DNA from: Candidatus Sumerlaeia bacterium | GTDB lineage: Bacteria > Sumerlaeota > Sumerlaeia > SLMS01 > JANRJK01 | Assembly (NCBI GenBank): GCA_033764015.1 | Contig: JANRJK010000010.1 | Span: forward strand, 1 to 21,336 | Length of the DNA stretch: 21,336 nucleotides | Direction: 5' to 3' | Shown here: positions 8,093 through 18,690 of the stretch, in pieces | Position numbering within the stretch: the first letter of the stretch is position 1 | How the letters are laid out: each line of letters starts with the position of its first letter | Position numbers and translations under genes: made by a program | Notes under the pieces: model-generated | The model's input: only the letters and a program-made list of their open reading frames with translations | Databases searched by the model: none | Told to the model about the DNA's origin: nothing

Positions 8093-10619
8093 GGACCGCC
8101 CCGCGCCGCCGCGCCGCTCGCCGTCGCTCGCGGAGATCCGCGGCTCCGGGGATTCCGCCGGGGCGGCGTCGGCACCTGCGCCACCCGCGGAGGTTCCGCC
8201 GCCGCCAATCGCTCCGCGCCCGCCCAGCGCGCCGCCCCCGCCGCTCCGCACCGGGCCGGCGCCGAAGCCCGACCTTCCGCCGGACCGGCGCCCGGCCGCG
8301 CTCGCCGGTGTGGTGCTGGCGTCGGCATTCGCCGCGTGGATCTCGCGGCACATGGCGACCTCGGTGCTGCTCGACGAGCTGATCCTTTGGGAGACGGCGC
8401 TCGAGAATGCGAACCTCGGCGACCTCCCGCTGGTGACGCTGCTGTCGCGCCTCGCGCTGCTGATCGACGCGACCTCGCTCTTCGTGCTGCGGCTGCCAAG
8501 CCTGCTCGCGTGGCTCGGCGGCGTGGCGCTGCTGCTGCCGGCGCTCTGGCGGGCGGGCCGGTTCAAGGGCATGGCGGCGGGGGGTCTTGCGCTCGCCGCG
8601 ACACCGCTCTGGACGCACCTCGCGGTCGCGGCGGGACCGGTTCCGTGGGTGTTCTTCGCGTCGGTCCTGATGGCGCGGCTGGCGGAGGAGTGCGCAGGCC
8701 GCCGCCCGCACGGACTCGCGCTCGCCGTGTGGGTGCTCGGCGCGGCGACGGCGCTGATGGCATGGCCGCCGATGCTGGCGCTGCTGCTGTTCGGCGTGGC
8801 GGCTGCGATCACGGTGCGGCTGCCGTTCCGTCGGCGTCCGTGGTTGGCGGTGGCGGGGTTGGTGGGATTGCTGGTGGTGGCTGGAGCGTCGGCACTTGTA
8901 ACGGGCCCGCTTCTCGAAACCACCCTACTTTATGCTGTTTCAGTGAATCCGGCGTTGGAGGTCGCCCGCTCCCGGCTCGGGGCCGGCGCGTTCGGCGACG
9001 ACACTGCGGCAGCGGTGCTTGCCGCGGGACTTTCGGCGCTGGGTTGGCTTGGTGCATGGGTAGCCGCGCGGGGCTCGAGGAAGCGCCGCGGCGCGCTGCT
9101 TCTCGGCCTTGGGGCGACGGCGTGCGTGGCGGTCCATAGCGTGACTCCTTGGCCGCTGGTTGCCAACCTCTCGCTGGCAGCCCTGCCGGTACCCGCCACC
9201 CTCCTCCTGGCGATGCTGGCGCATCGGGTGTTGCGGCGAATCCCGGGCAAGCTGCGGACGAAGCGCCAGCTGGCGCTCCCCGCACTTGGGGCCGCGTCGC
9301 TGCTCTTCACCTTGGCAGGGCTCGGCGCGGTGCTTTGGAGCAACCGCGCCGCGCCGCAGGCGCCCAGCCTCGAGCAGTTCCTCCGCCAAGCCTCCAGCTC
9401 CCTCGCACCGCAGAACCGCATCTACACGGTGTCGGACAACAAGCTGGCCCGCGGCATCGAGTTCTACCGCCGCTGGCTGCTACCGCCGGCGGCGCGCGAG
9501 TTCTGGCCGTTCGCCTACACGACGGAGTCGGGAGTCCTTGATCTCGGCTACGAGGAAGGCATCGCGGCGCGGAAACTGGCGGAGCACCCCGCAATCTTCG
9601 TGGCGCCTTTGGAGTTGTCAGACGCGCGTTCCTATCCATCGCAGACTTCGGTAAAGGAAACTCTGTCTTTTGACCTTCAATGGATAGGGATCGGCGACTT
9701 CGAGGAGCGCCGTCCGGCGATGCCGGATGTCGAATGGCTCTACCACTACTCCGAAAATCTGAGGGAGGACGGACGCTATGCTCTTGAAGCAAGGCTCCCG
9801 CACCTGAACTTCACTTCGGTCGACCGGGGATTCGGCGTGAAGTTTTTTGAACACTTTCTGGAGGTCGGAGATGTCCAGACCTTTGACCGCCCTAGGGGGG
9901 AACTTCCGGAATTGGTTCAGGTGAGCTTGGTCGTCTATGTGAAAGGAACTCCTGAGACCGGGACGGCCATGGTTCTGCTTGGGGCGATTCGTACCGGGCC
10001 CTTGCTACTTTGGCAGGTGTCCCCAGCTTCGAAAGCGGGTCACTTCACACTGAGCGGCCTCATCCCCGGGCAGGTCTTGGAGTCGGGGGGCGCTCTCCAG
10101 CTTACGGTTGCCGCTTCGATGATGAACTCGCCCCTCCCACCGGACATGATCATCTCGAGCATCCAACTCCGCCCCGCCCCCGCCAACCCGGAGACCAACG
10201 CCTACGAGCTGGTCGAATGCGGCGGCGGGAACGGGCGCGTGTGGCCCGGCGAGGTGGCGCCGGTGCTGGGCACCGACGGGTTCGCGTTGTCGCTCGATTG
10301 CCCGGACGCGGAGGGGCCGTACTTCCTCGCGTGGAGCCTTTGGCCGCGCGGCATGGCGGATTTCCAGCTTGGCTGGACCATCGAATCCGGCGGCGAGCGC
10401 TTCGAGTTCCCGATCACCACGAACGAGACGTACTCGCAGGTGCCGCTGTGGCGGGCGGTCGAGGTGCCGGCGCCGGAGGCGCGTTCGAGCTTCCCGCTGA
10501 TCCCGCGGCGCTCGCCCTCGCCGCGCGTCAGCTTCCCGGTCTCCGGGGGGCTGGTGCTGCTGCACGCGGTGCCGCAGCGCGAGGCCTTGGAAGCGGCCCC
10601 CGCGGAGCCCGCCCCGTGA
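8085..10619 (+). CDS. Large polytopic membrane protein, GT-C (PMT/ArnT)-like N-half with a soluble C-terminal region
   Basis: Pro-rich N-tail, first TM followed by LLDE, then LRLPSLL, about 11-12 hydrophobic segments, and ~420 aa of soluble sequence. TTG start overlaps the crcB end. Confidence 0.6.
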   Translation: MAEDRPAPPRRSPSLAEIRGSGDSAGAASAPAPPAEVPPPPIAPRPPSAPPPPLRTGPAPKPDLPPDRRPAALAGVVLASAFAAWISRHMATSVLLDELILWETALENANLGDLPLVTLLSRLALLIDATSLFVLRLPSLLAWLGGVALLLPALWRAGRFKGMAAGGLALAATPLWTHLAVAAGPVPWVFFASVLMARLAEECAGRRPHGLALAVWVLGAATALMAWPPMLALLLFGVAAAITVRLPFRRRPWLAVAGLVGLLVVAGASALVTGPLLETTLLYAVSVNPALEVARSRLGAGAFGDDTAAAVLAAGLSALGWLGAWVAARGSRKRRGALLLGLGATACVAVHSVTPWPLVANLSLAALPVPATLLLAMLAHRVLRRIPGKLRTKRQLALPALGAASLLFTLAGLGAVLWSNRAAPQAPSLEQFLRQASSSLAPQNRIYTVSDNKLARGIEFYRRWLLPPAAREFWPFAYTTESGVLDLGYEEGIAARKLAEHPAIFVAPLELSDARSYPSQTSVKETLSFDLQWIGIGDFEERRPAMPDVEWLYHYSENLREDGRYALEARLPHLNFTSVDRGFGVKFFEHFLEVGDVQTFDRPRGELPELVQVSLVVYVKGTPETGTAMVLLGAIRTGPLLLWQVSPASKAGHFTLSGLIPGQVLESGGALQLTVAASMMNSPLPPDMIISSIQLRPAPANPETNAYELVECGGGNGRVWPGEVAPVLGTDGFALSLDCPDAEGPYFLAWSLWPRGMADFQLGWTIESGGERFEFPITTNETYSQVPLWRAVEVPAPEARSSFPLIPRRSPSPRVSFPVSGGLVLLHAVPQREALEAAPAEPAP

Positions 10620-10894
10620 GCGCCGCGACGCCGATCGAGGAGGCGCGCAACCTGGGCCCGACGACCGGCGCGGAACTGCGCACCGTCGGCATCGCCACCC
10701 TTGCGGATCTGGTCGAGGCGGGTTGGGAGGAGGCGCTCTGGCGGGTATGCGAGCGGTTCCCCGAGCGACTCCATTTGACCATGGCGTGCGCGCTGATCGG
10801 TGCCATCGAGGGGTGCGATTGGCGCGCGGTGACCCCGGAGCGGAAGGCGGCCGCGCGGGTGGCGCTGGCGCGCATGAAGCGCGACCTAAGATAA
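10616..10894 (+). CDS. TfoX/Sxy C-terminal-domain protein (92 aa)
   Basis: RNLGPTTGAELRTVGIATLADLVEAGWEEA...ALIGAIEGCDWR...ERK; GTGA overlap with the upstream stop. Confidence 0.85.
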   Translation: MSAATPIEEARNLGPTTGAELRTVGIATLADLVEAGWEEALWRVCERFPERLHLTMACALIGAIEGCDWRAVTPERKAAARVALARMKRDLR

Positions 10895-10909
10895 ATAATC
10901 CGAGTTATT
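10894..10909. promoter_or_regulatory. AT-rich inverted repeat AATAA-N6-TTATT, candidate activator or IHF-associated site
   Basis: Palindrome within an unusual AT-rich patch, ~75-90 nt upstream of the -24 element. Confidence 0.35.
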
Positions 10910-10983
10910 CAGAAATCATCACGGGGCGCTCGCCGAGGGGACGGCGCGGCGGGTGCGTGCGATTCGGCGGGGTCCCGGCGCCG

Positions 10984-10999
10984 TTGGCACCGCGCTTGC
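10984..10999 (+). promoter_or_regulatory. Sigma54 (-24/-12) promoter for groESL
   Basis: TTGGCAC-CGCGC-TTGC matches TGGCAC-N5-TTGC with exact spacing and correct orientation, ~120 nt before the groES ATG. Confidence 0.75.
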
Positions 11000-11119
11000 G
11001 CCCTTGCCGGGCGAACGACGGAGCCGAGGGCTCCTGTGTGGCGCGGTGACGCGGTTTTCCGCCTCCGCCGCCGCTAGGCGCCCCGGCCGAACAACCAACC
11101 CCTCCACGGAGGACGTGGC

Positions 11120-11422
11120 ATGGCCACCAAAGTCACTCCCCTCGGCGACCGCCTGCTGGTCGACCGCCTCGAATCCGCCGAGCAGAAGTCCTCGGGCGGC
11201 ATCATCATTCCGGACACGGCGAAGGAGCGCCCGACGGAGGGCCTCGTGATCGCCGCCGGCGAAGGCAAGCGCTTGGAAAGCGGCAAGCTGTCGCCGCTCG
11301 CGGTGAAGGCCGGCGACAAGATCCTCTTCGGCAAGTGGAGCGGCACCGAAGTGAAGATCGACGGCAAGGAATACATCATCATGCGCGAGGATGACGTCCT
11401 CGCCGTGCTCCTGCCCGACTGA
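11120..11422 (+). CDS. groES: Co-chaperonin GroES
   Basis: [64 protein letters not shown]. Confidence 0.98.
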   Translation: MATKVTPLGDRLLVDRLESAEQKSSGGIIIPDTAKERPTEGLVIAAGEGKRLESGKLSPLAVKAGDKILFGKWSGTEVKIDGKEYIIMREDDVLAVLLPD

Positions 11423-11445
11423 TCCACGCGCCCGGCCACCCCTAA

Positions 11446-13125
<1,680 letters not shown>

Positions 13126-13154
13126 GTCGCCCGGCACCACCCAAGGCATCAATC

Positions 13155-13197
13155 CCCGCCCCCGGAGGCCACGCGCCTCCGGGGGCGGGTGCTTTTT
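13155..13197 (+). terminator. Rho-independent terminator of groESL
   Basis: Perfect 15-bp stem CCCGCCCCCGGAGGC / GCCTCCGGGGGCGGG with a 5-nt loop, followed by TGCTTTTT. Confidence 0.88.
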
Positions 13198-13250
13198 GGG
13201 GAGCGGCGACGCGTGCCGGTGAGCCCGGCCGGAATTGGCTTGCCCGCGCC

Positions 13251-13279
13251 TTCCCGCGACGATGATTCAATGATATTCT
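13251..13279 (+). promoter_or_regulatory. Putative extended -10 sigma70 promoter for the orphan gene
   Basis: TTCCCG, 17-nt spacer containing TG at the extended position, then TATTCT; lies after the groEL terminator. Confidence 0.5.
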
Positions 13280-13344
13280 GTAGTGGCTGCATCTCTAGCG
13301 CTCCCGACGCGGCGCGCCACCAACTTTTCATCAAGGATCCAACC

Positions 13345-14790
13345 ATGACTGTCATCGAGAAGGAAGTCGAAAGCCAAAGGAAACGCTTGGAGCACCACAA
13401 GAATACCCTCGAGGAGATTGGATTTCCGCACGATAGTTTGTTCGGTGAGTTTTCGCTTAAGGAATTTCAAAAGAAGGGCTACATAAAATGGCATGCTCCG
13501 GTGTTTTGCACCTGGGGCCTGTTTGGTATTGCGCGCAAACGGGTGCTTTTTGGCAATTCTTCGGATTTCTGGAAGTTCATGTCTCTCGGTGCCAGCTATG
13601 TCCTGATGAGCATCCTACTTCGCCTAAGGCAGGCTCCATTCGAAGCGAAGGCCTACGAAAGTGCGGCTGAACTAATCCCATCCCTTTCGACGTTGTTGGC
13701 GACGGATCGACTCAAGGAAGCCGAGATGGTTGTTGACTATGCGATCCGGAATAGGATAACAGACTCCTCTATAGTGAACAATAAGGGTAGGCTCGGGAAG
13801 GCCGTCTCCTTCCTGATCGGGCTGGTTCTCCACCGTGCCGGGCGCCGGGAAGACTTCGATCAATTTGCCAAGATTCAAGACATGGGCAGATTCCGGGCGA
13901 TCTTCGACGATTGGGACTCGGACGAGAGGCTGGAAACTAGCGCGCGGATTCTATTGGATTGGCGGCTGGAAGAGATGGAGATGCCCCACACCATGAGGAT
14001 CACCCGCGAAGTGTTCTCGTCGGAATGCCAATTGATCCCGTTCGAGTACGAGGCGTTCAACGCGGTGCGTCGGCAGCTTGGCAAGTCCGAGGTCCGATTT
14101 CCAGATCACCCCTATCTGCAAGGCAACCCCTACGCGATACCGGCCCCCGGCCCCGTGGAACCACTGCCGGATCCCTTTCTGGAGAAGATCCGCGAGGTCT
14201 ATCTGGCTGGATTCGACATGGATGCGCGGTGGCAAGAACTATACAAGCACCCCTTCTTCATCCCCGAGCCACCGGATCCGAAGCCCGAGCGCACACCGCC
14301 CGCGAAGCTGAAGCAGATCGTCCTAAACCGCAAGTTCCTCGACGGCGAAATCCCCTACGACGCTCCCCAACTCTTCATCTTCGACTGGCGCGATTCCGAG
14401 GTGGAAGCGTTCGATACACTGGCCCTTGATCTGCCGGAGCTGCAGTTCTTCATGTCTCCCATCGAGGGCGAGACGCGGAAGTTCCAGGTATCGCTGCTCG
14501 GCAAAGCGATCCTGCTTGAGTTGCCGTTGCTCGCGGACCAGCGCCAGGGGAGCTCCGCCCACGACGTGATCTGGAAGCTGGCGCAGGACTTCCTGCCCGA
14601 GTACGAGGTGCGCCAGTTCAAGGGCTCGCTCCAGTGCGACACCCCGATCTCGCTGCTGATGCCCAGCAGCTGGTGGCGCGAGCTCGACGCCGAGGAGCCG
14701 GCGAAGACGGCGAAGGTGTTCGTGCCGATCCTCTCGCTCGATGAGAGCATGTCGTACAAGCCGGTGAGGAAGAAGCGGAAGGCCACCTGA
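13345..14790 (+). CDS. Two-domain hypothetical protein (481 aa), possible fused toxin-immunity domains
   Basis: Long protein-like ORF with AAGGA SD before ATG 13345; lower GC in the 5' half; Pro-rich linker PEPPDPKPERTPP separates the domains. Function is inference only. Confidence 0.75.
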   Translation: MTVIEKEVESQRKRLEHHKNTLEEIGFPHDSLFGEFSLKEFQKKGYIKWHAPVFCTWGLFGIARKRVLFGNSSDFWKFMSLGASYVLMSILLRLRQAPFEAKAYESAAELIPSLSTLLATDRLKEAEMVVDYAIRNRITDSSIVNNKGRLGKAVSFLIGLVLHRAGRREDFDQFAKIQDMGRFRAIFDDWDSDERLETSARILLDWRLEEMEMPHTMRITREVFSSECQLIPFEYEAFNAVRRQLGKSEVRFPDHPYLQGNPYAIPAPGPVEPLPDPFLEKIREVYLAGFDMDARWQELYKHPFFIPEPPDPKPERTPPAKLKQIVLNRKFLDGEIPYDAPQLFIFDWRDSEVEAFDTLALDLPELQFFMSPIEGETRKFQVSLLGKAILLELPLLADQRQGSSAHDVIWKLAQDFLPEYEVRQFKGSLQCDTPISLLMPSSWWRELDAEEPAKTAKVFVPILSLDESMSYKPVRKKRKAT

Positions 14791-14806
14791 CCGCCCCCGC
14801 TTCCCC

Positions 14807-16366
14807 TCAATGCCTGAAGTGGCGCATCCCCGTGAAGACCATCACCATGCCGTGCTCGTCCGCGGCGGCGATCACCTCGTCGTCGCGCATGGAGCCGCCC
14901 GGCTGGATCACCGCCTTCACGCCGTGCGCGGCGGCGGCGTCGATGCCGTCGCGGAAGGGGAAGAAGGCGTCGCTGGCGAGGTATCCGCCGGCGAGCGGCT
15001 TGCGCGCCTTCTCGGCGCCGAAGCGCGCTGAATCGACGCGCGACATCTGCCCCGCGCCGATCCCGACCGTCGCCATGCCGTCGGTGTACACGATGGCGTT
15101 CGACTTCACCCACTTGGCGCAGCGCCAGGAGAAGAGCAGGGCGGCGAGGTCCTCCTCCGACGGCTTCGCCTTCGTCACCGCGCGGAGCTGCTGCGCCGTG
15201 ACGTGGCCCAGGTCGCGGTCCATCGCGAGCAGGCCGCCGGTGATGCTGCGGAGCTGCCGCGCGGGCATCTTGGGCGTGAACGCGCCGGTCTCGAGCAGGC
15301 GCAGGTTCTTCTTCTTCGCGAACGCCTCGCGCGCGGCGTCGGTGAACGACGGCGCGATGACGACTTCGAGGAACAGCTCGGCCATCTCGGCGGCGGCGTC
15401 GCCATCGACCCCTTGCGTGATGGCGATGATGCCGCCGAAGGCGGACACCGGGTCGCACTCGAGCGCGCGGCGGTACGCCTCGAGCACCGTCGCCCCGCGC
15501 GCGATGCCGCACGGGTTGCCATGCTTGACAATGACAACGACCGGTTCGGGGAAATCGAGGAAGTCGCGCGCGGTTTCGAGCGCGCCGTCGCCGTCCAGGA
15601 TGTTGTTGTAGGACAGCTCCTTGCCCTGGAGCTGGCGCGCGGCGGCGAGGTTCGTCTCGCGGCACTGGGGATCGCGGTAGAGGGCCGCGGCCTGGTGCGG
15701 GTTCTCGCCGTAGCGCAGGCTGGTGGCGAGCGGCCAGCGCAGTTCGAGGAAGGGCGCGGCGCCCCCCTCCGTGGCGCCGGACTCGGTGCCCGCGCCGCTG
15801 TGGAACCAGCCCGCGATGGCGGCGTCGTAGTCCGCCGTGTGGCGGAAAGCCTTGGCGGCGAGCTGGCGCCGGAGCGGCTCCGGCACCGCGCCGCCGTGGC
15901 GGACCGACGCGGCGACCGCCGCGTAGTCGGACGGATCGCAGACGACGGCGACGGCGGCGAAGTTCTTCGCCGCCGCGCGCAGCAGCGCCACGCCGCCGAT
16001 GTCGATCTGCTCGATGACGTCCTCCGGCGTTGCGCGCGGGTCCGCCGCCGTCTCGCGGAACGAGTAGAGGTTCACCACCACGAGGTCGATCGGCGCCATG
16101 CCGTGGGCTTCGAGCTGGGCGAGGTGCTCCGGCCGGTCGCGGCGCGCGAGGATGCCGCCGTGGACCGCGGGGTGGAGCGTCTTCACGCGCCCGTCGAGCA
16201 TCTCCGGCGCGCCGGTGACGTCGGCCACGTCGCGCACCGCGAGGCCCGCCTCGCGCAGGTGGCGCGCGGTGCCGCCGGTCGAGAGCAGCTCGACGCCGGC
16301 CTCCGCGAGCGTGCGGGCGAAGTCGGCGAGGCCGGTCTTGTCGTGGACGGAAATCAGCGCGCGCAT
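14807..16366 (-). CDS. purH: Bifunctional AICAR transformylase/IMP cyclohydrolase
   Basis: RALISVHDKTG, STGGTA, GRVKTLHP, IDIGG, LRYGENPHQ, GKELSYNN, KHGNPCG, VKSNAI, GAGQMSRVDS, ASDAFFPFRD, RHFRH. Start ATG 16366 with GAGGA SD. Confidence 0.98.
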   Translation of the reverse strand: MRALISVHDKTGLADFARTLAEAGVELLSTGGTARHLREAGLAVRDVADVTGAPEMLDGRVKTLHPAVHGGILARRDRPEHLAQLEAHGMAPIDLVVVNLYSFRETAADPRATPEDVIEQIDIGGVALLRAAAKNFAAVAVVCDPSDYAAVAASVRHGGAVPEPLRRQLAAKAFRHTADYDAAIAGWFHSGAGTESGATEGGAAPFLELRWPLATSLRYGENPHQAAALYRDPQCRETNLAAARQLQGKELSYNNILDGDGALETARDFLDFPEPVVVIVKHGNPCGIARGATVLEAYRRALECDPVSAFGGIIAITQGVDGDAAAEMAELFLEVVIAPSFTDAAREAFAKKKNLRLLETGAFTPKMPARQLRSITGGLLAMDRDLGHVTAQQLRAVTKAKPSEEDLAALLFSWRCAKWVKSNAIVYTDGMATVGIGAGQMSRVDSARFGAEKARKPLAGGYLASDAFFPFRDGIDAAAAHGVKAVIQPGGSMRDDEVIAAADEHGMVMVFTGMRHFRH

Positions 16367-16403
16367 GGTGTTCCTCGGGGTGGGGTAGGACGCGAGGCTG
16401 GGC

Positions 16404-17468
16404 TCACTGCGCGGGGGGGCGCAAGAAGCCGCGGCGCAGCGTCGAGAGGGGGAACTTCTGCTGGAGCGTCGTCTCGCCGTCCGCATCGACGATCTTGAGG
16501 CGCACGAGCGGGTCCTCGCGGTGCCAGTCCACCTCGATCAGACCGAAGTTGTTCCCCCAGTTCATGGTGGCGACGCGGTGGCGGTTGGGCTCCTGCGGGC
16601 GCCAGCGCGGCGAGCTGTTGGTGAGCGCGCTCGCGGTGAGGTCGTAGAGCGGATAGCCGACGCCGCCGTCGATCATGGAGATCTCCGCGAGGTGCCGGTC
16701 GCCGGTGACGAAGACCACGCCGTCGGCGCCGGTGTCGGCGATGAGCTTGAAGAGGCGCTCGCGCTCCGCGGGGATGTTCGACCACTTCTCGAACGGGTGG
16801 TCCTCCGGGACGACCTGGATGCTGGAGACGACGAGTCGCAGCTCGGCGGGCTGGCGGAGCTGCTCCTCGAGCCACTTCCACTGCGCCTCGCCGAGGAACG
16901 TGGCGCCCTCCGTGGTCGTCGGGAGGTACGCCCGGTAGCGCCCGCTCGTAGGCTCGGCCTCGCGCTCGAGGGGGGAGCGGTTGAAGCGCGTGTCGAGCAT
17001 GAGGACCTGCGTGCGGCGGCCCTCGGGGCCGTAGACGCGCGCGTGGTACACGCCGTCGGGACGGCGGTCCGCCTCCGGCGTCTGGAAGAACGCGTGGAAC
17101 TTGGCGAGCGAATCCTCGCGGTGCTCGTAGTCCGCGCCGGCGTCGTTCAGGCCAAAGTCGTGGTCGTCCCAGGTGGCGAGCATCGGCGTGGTTTCGCGCA
17201 GGAGCTGGAACCCCGGCACGCCCGCGAGCGTTTCGTAAGCGACGCCGAGGTGCTCCGGGTCGCCGTCCTTGCCGTACACGTTGTCGCCGAGGAAGAGGAA
17301 GAGGTCGGGTTTGGCGGCGAGGACTTCGCGCCAGATGGGCTGGGGCTTGTCCTGATGGGCGCAGGAGCCGACAGCGATGCGTTCGAGGAGGACGGGCGCC
17401 GGGGGCTGGGCCGGGGCCGCCGCAAGGAGCGAAACGACGGTTGCAACGGCGGCTAGGAGGCGGAACAT
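16404..17468 (-). CDS. phoD: PhoD-family alkaline phosphatase (short form) with a signal peptide
   Basis: GSC, LGDNVY, TWDDHDFGLNDAG, LDTR, LGEAQWKWLE, TGDRH; hydrophobic N-terminus ending AAAPA. Confidence 0.9.
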   Translation of the reverse strand: MFRLLAAVATVVSLLAAAPAQPPAPVLLERIAVGSCAHQDKPQPIWREVLAAKPDLFLFLGDNVYGKDGDPEHLGVAYETLAGVPGFQLLRETTPMLATWDDHDFGLNDAGADYEHREDSLAKFHAFFQTPEADRRPDGVYHARVYGPEGRRTQVLMLDTRFNRSPLEREAEPTSGRYRAYLPTTTEGATFLGEAQWKWLEEQLRQPAELRLVVSSIQVVPEDHPFEKWSNIPAERERLFKLIADTGADGVVFVTGDRHLAEISMIDGGVGYPLYDLTASALTNSSPRWRPQEPNRHRVATMNWGNNFGLIEVDWHREDPLVRLKIVDADGETTLQQKFPLSTLRRGFLRPPAQ

Positions 17469-17565
17469 GGGGACACCTTTGCAGGGAGGGGTGGGCTGCG
17501 CGGGCTAAGGCGCCCGCAAGGGGCCCGTCCGGCAAGGGGAAAGCAGCCAAAGGGGCGCTTCGCCG

Positions 17566-18690
17566 GTGGGATCGCAGAGTCATTTGGAACGCGCCTTGGC
17601 GCCCGCGAGGGCCGGGCGCATCGAGGATTCGATCACTGCGCTCGAGCCGCTCGCCCGGCGCGGCGCCAGCGGTGAGGCCGAGGCGCTCGGGCACCGGGCG
17701 TGGCTGCTGCGCGCCGCAGGGCGTTTCGACGAGGCGCGCGCCGCCTATCGTCGGCTGATGGAGTTGCGCCCCGGCAATGCCGAGGTCGAGGCGCTGCTCA
17801 TTGATCTGGATCGCTTCGAGGGGCGCGGGGCCGACGCAGTGGCGCGGCTGGCGCGGCTCTACGCGGAGCATCCGACGAACGGAGCAGTGTTCAGCATTTT
17901 GCGCTCCGCGGCTGCGTCGCTCGGCCTCGAAGAGCGCCGACCCGCATACTCCGAGCTCCCCCCGCCGCCGCAGCCGGTCCGCGCTTTCAACAGCGCGCTC
18001 GAAACCCTCGAGTCGTGGCCCGGCATGTATCCGTACTCGAGTTTCCCGGAGGTCGGACGCTTCGTTTACAGCGTGGTTCGAAGCATCCGCCCGCATGTCC
18101 TGGTCGAGACTGGCACCTACCGCGCGTACTCGACGATCACGATGGCGCAAGCGCTCGAAGACAACGGCATGGGGCACCTGCATACATTCGACATTTTCAT
18201 GGACCGTCCCGGCGAGAAGTCGCCAGTCATCGGCGAGTGCGCGGATTCGTACCGCGTCGCCTCCGCGCACATCGGGGCCGCAGGGCTGGCGCACCGGATC
18301 ACGATGCACAAGGGCGACTCGGCGGCGCACATCGCCGCCTTCTTCGCCGAGACCAAGTTGACCATCGATCTAGCCTACGTGGACGGTGACCATACGGAGA
18401 AGGGCGCCATCCGCGACATCAACGCGATCCTACCGCACCTGCGGCCTGGCGGATTCATCATGCTGCACGATACGATGCCGGAGGCGTGCGGCTGGCTAGG
18501 GCCGAGACGCGTGGTGGAGGCTGTGCTAGACTCCCACAAGGTAGACATAACAGTAGTCAATCTGCCAACTCCGGAGGGATTCGGAGTCGCACTGCTTCAA
18601 CTCCATACCGGTCAAGTAGACGGATTTCGCGAGCCTACACTTTTGCGCAGCTGGACTGAAAGCTTGTTCTTGCGCAGGCACCAGCGCTGA
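17566..18690 (+). CDS. TPR + class I SAM-dependent methyltransferase (Methyltransf_24-like)
   Basis: N-terminal TPR (AGRFDEARAAYRRLMELRPGN), VETGTYRAYST, DLAYVDGDHT, LRPGGFIMLHD. GTG start is uncertain. Confidence 0.82.
   Translation: MGSQSHLERALAPARAGRIEDSITALEPLARRGASGEAEALGHRAWLLRAAGRFDEARAAYRRLMELRPGNAEVEALLIDLDRFEGRGADAVARLARLYAEHPTNGAVFSILRSAAASLGLEERRPAYSELPPPPQPVRAFNSALETLESWPGMYPYSSFPEVGRFVYSVVRSIRPHVLVETGTYRAYSTITMAQALEDNGMGHLHTFDIFMDRPGEKSPVIGECADSYRVASAHIGAAGLAHRITMHKGDSAAHIAAFFAETKLTIDLAYVDGDHTEKGAIRDINAILPHLRPGGFIMLHDTMPEACGWLGPRRVVEAVLDSHKVDITVVNLPTPEGFGVALLQLHTGQVDGFREPTLLRSWTESLFLRRHQR

Noticed and set aside
10984..11010. CIRCE (HrcA operator) upstream of groES
   Set aside because: The left arm TTGGCACCG partly fits, but the right arm CCTTGCCGG matches GAGTGCTAA poorly; the sigma54 pattern fits exactly.
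16367..16403. ZMP/ZTP riboswitch upstream of purH
   Set aside because: Only 37 nt of intergenic space and no recognisable motif.
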